NCBI RefSeq assembly: GCF_009914755.1
Contig: NC_060940.1
Source: the human T2T-CHM13v2.0 reference genome, Homo sapiens
Strand: one strand, 5' to 3'
Length of the DNA stretch: 64,000 nt
Shown: in pieces, positions 62,669 through 64,000 of the stretch
Layout of the letters: every line of letters starts with the position of its first letter
Numbering within the stretch: the stretch's first letter is position 1
Notes under the pieces: generated by a model
Database searches by the model: none
What the model saw: the letters and a program-made list of their open reading frames with translations, nothing else
What the model was told of the DNA's origin: nothing
Translations under genes and position numbers: made by a program

Positions 62669-63409
62669 GTGCCTGTTACTGTGTATGATTGGAGAAGACA
62701 GGGACTAATGCCATAAGCCACCAGGATTGATGGATACCTTCTGTTCTGTTCTGTTCACAGTGCTAATAACTACATTGTCTGCAGAAAGGTGTCCATGAGA
62801 AATGTGACCTGAGATCTGAGGTGAAATCAGCTCAAAGTTCCTGTAAATGCATCCATAGGCACTTGAATCACAAGGAATTACATGGGGGATTCAGGCATGG
62901 AGTCTCAGCAACAGAGTCCAGCAGGGAGGATAGGAATGTGGGTCCAGACAGGGCAGGAGGATATAGCAGGGAGGACAGGCTAGTGATCGTTTGCCCAAAT
63001 ATCAAAGGCCATGGCCAGTGCAGACTTCGTTCAGGCACATATCAGCATGAAAAGGGGCTAATCTGGTGGTGGTGGCAGTGGTCGTAGTGGTAGGGTATGT
63101 GTATAGCAGGAACCTAAGTGGTGGCTCTACTTGAAATTTTACTGCAAAGCATGGTTCTGGGCAATCAACCCACTCGACACAGGAAGCCAGCCACGGGAGG
63201 GCATATAAGGAAAGTACACAGCCTCCCCTCTCCACCTACCATGGCAACATGTGGTAACTGCAGGGGAGAAAATAGACGTAGGCTCTCATGAGGCTACCAT
63301 AAGGTGGTAGAGATAGGGAATACCATAATTCAGTGAGTTCAAAGTCATCAAGGGCTCATCATATCCATTGATGTTAGGGTTGAATAAGATAATGCATGTG
63401 ACATATTAA

Positions 63410-64000
63410 CTCTATAACTTGCACTTCTTTAATTACTAATGCAATTGAAACTCTTTTCATCTTTGACTATTTATGTGTCCTCCTGTGTAAATATTTTTCT
63501 GTTTTTGTATTGACACTCTCTTTTTTGAGAGTATTTATCCTTTTACATTTATTTGAAAGATCCCTTTAGACATTAAAGGCATTCATATTTTATACAATTT
63601 TTGAAGTATTATTTATGTTACCTTTGGGTGAACTTGCCTTTGCAACTTAATAAGAAAATTTTTTCCTTTATGTATTCAACTATATAAGTCAATTGTTTTC
63701 CCAAATGGTTAAGCAATAGTCTGTAAATCATTATCCCTATAAATGTGAAAGGCCACCTTTTATCATATTCTGAACTTCTATATGCTTTTCTTTGATCTGT
63801 TTCTGGACAGTCTGTCCCATGGAACTGTGTATTCCCGTACCACCGTTTTGCTGTTTTAACAATTACAGCTTTATAATACATATTAATAGGTATTGAATTC
63901 TCATTATGCCTTTTTCCCCCTCAAAGTCCTATTCTCTATTTCCAGCATGATTTCTTCTAGATGAGAATTAGAAACTTACTGTCAAGATCCGAAGAAGCCC
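63410..64000 (-). mobile_element. Old L1M(E) ORF2 remnant
   Basis: ORF 63618..63881 begins YYKAVIVKTAKRWY, like the L1 ORF2 motif YYKATVTKTAWYWY. Confidence 0.7.

Overview
This is primate nuclear DNA, almost certainly human (it carries a near-consensus AluYa5). I find no protein-coding gene, RNA gene or CRISPR array, so the window reads as intergenic or deep intronic. It is dominated by interspersed repeats: over 30 Alus (J, S and Y classes), L1 fragments of many ages including a 3.3-kb 5'-truncated L1PA with a decayed ORF2, solo LTRs (LTR10-like, MER41, MER11, LTR15-like, LTR26-like, THE1/MST/MLT1), MIR/L2 and DNA-transposon fossils (MER5, Tigger4b, MER58A, half a MADE1). The listed ORFs are Alu-, L1-, LTR- or microsatellite-derived, or chance ORFs. 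I cannot support a new biological system here. The observations most worth checking are: (1) a compound twin-primed L1 insertion carrying a second L1 3' end plus about 320 bp of transduced DNA (17537-18738); (2) a degenerate 17-bp minisatellite that places AP-1/MAF motifs in exact phase (about 56148-56760); (3) an 84-bp TSD-flanked mini-LTR with inverted U5-like ends (49670-49753); (4) a young, possibly polymorphic AluYa5; (5) two CpG-enriched unique segments, one with a CTCF-like motif and one with a promoter/first-exon layout; (6) several template-switch palindromes. Repeat subfamily names come from recalled consensus sequences rather than a database search, and boundaries without TSDs are approximate.
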